NCBI GenBank assembly: GCA_010909165.1
Contig: VJWM01000116.1
Location: 124,001-188,000, forward strand
Length of the DNA: 64,000 nucleotides
Source: Anthoceros angustus
Lineage: Eukaryota; Plantae; Anthocerotophyta
Reading direction: 5' to 3'
Part shown: in pieces, positions 63,010 to 64,000 of the stretch
How positions within the stretch are numbered: position 1 is the stretch's first letter
How the letters are laid out: every line of letters begins with the position of its first letter
Made by a program: the position numbers and the translations under genes
The notes under the pieces: model-generated
Databases searched by the model: none
The model's input: only the letters and a program-made list of their open reading frames with translations
What the model was told of the DNA's origin: nothing

Positions 63010-64000
63010 CCGTCCAGAATCTGGGAGTGAAGCCCTTTTCCCTGATCAAGAGCTCCAATGCTGGCGCAAGCTTTCAAAAGGCAGGCGACTGTAATGGGAT
63101 CGACTGGTTTCATGCCCTCCTGCTCCATCCTCCCATACAGAGCAAGAGCTTCTTGCCCCAAAGCATGGTTCGCATATCCAGCAATCATGACAGTCCATGT
63201 TACTACGTCTTTTGAGATCAATCCATCAAAAACTTTGCGAGCATCTTGCAAACTACCACATTTAGCATACATATCCACCAGGCAGTTGCCAATAACTACA
63301 TCAGCATCTAATGCTTGCCGCTGAATCTCACAATGGAGTTCCTTTCCTGCTGCAAAACACCAAGGCTGGCACATGCTTTCAAAAGCGTGGCAAATGTGAC
63401 GTGATCAGCCAGACTGATGCCTCCTGTTGCATCATTTGGTAGAGGTGAGAGCTTCCTGGCCAAGTCCGTGCTCAGCATAGCCAGATATCATGGCAGTCCA
63501 TGTCACCACATCTCTTCGAGATAACCTGTCAAACACTCTGCGAGCATCCCCTAAGCTGCCACATTTAGCATACATGTCCACCAAAGAGTTCCCGATGGTC
63601 AAATCTGTTTCGAGTCCTCTCTGCTGGATCTCAAAATGTAGCTCCTTGCCCTGATGTAAAGCACCAACACAGCCACAAGCTTTCAGCAGGCACACAAATG
63701 TAACACGGTTGGCTGGAGAAATACCTCCTGTTGCATACTCTCATACAGCATCAGAGACTCTTGACCAAGCCCTTGCTGAGCATAAGCTGCGATCATGGCA
63801 GTCCATGCCACCACGTCCCTGCTGGGCAATCTGTCAAACACTGCACGTGCATCCTCTAAGCTGCCACATTTGGAATTCATGTCCACTAAGCTGCTGCCAA
63901 CTATCAATTCACCCTCCAACCCTTGGCTCTGAATCTGACAGTGGATCTGCTTTCCTGATGTAAAGCTCACACTGCCACATGCTTTCAAAAGGCAGGCAAA
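63010..64000 (-). pseudogene. Near-identical partial copy of PPR segment ~37709-38700, truncated at its 3' end
   Basis: Colinear with 37709-38700 apart from a few substitutions and single-base indels; homology stops at ~63010. Confidence 0.9.

Overview
Gene-dense nuclear DNA from a non-flowering land plant. Short GT-AG introns, expanded PLS-class PPR genes (with long-L motifs and a WW-type PG box) and a flagellar SPATA17 gene suggest a hornwort such as Anthoceros (inference). In order, the window holds: a ~1.05-kb tandem array containing (GTGCTC/GTGCTCC)n tracts; an F-box gene and its relic; mitochondrial trans-2-enoyl reductase; an 89-bp tandem repeat; IBR5 phosphatase; a 1270-aa PLS-E PPR; a long fold-back; a PYL ABA receptor; a PLS PPR with a decayed DYW domain; WD40-cyclophilin CYP71; p24delta; SPATA17; two head-to-head PLS PPRs; an NLR relic; an AT-rich nucleotide-sugar/PAPS transporter gene mostly missed by the ORF track and interrupted by insertions; PPR relics; an AT-rich aspartic protease; an atypical NLR; and the 3' half of WDR13 abutting a near-identical copy of one PPR. 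Many single-base frameshifts sit in homopolymer runs and are probably long-read consensus errors. No clearly new multi-gene system is demonstrable. The best leads are the atypical NLR, the PPR architecture and DYW decay, the CX5K IBR5 active site, the fold-back beside PYL and the PPR/WDR13 junction.
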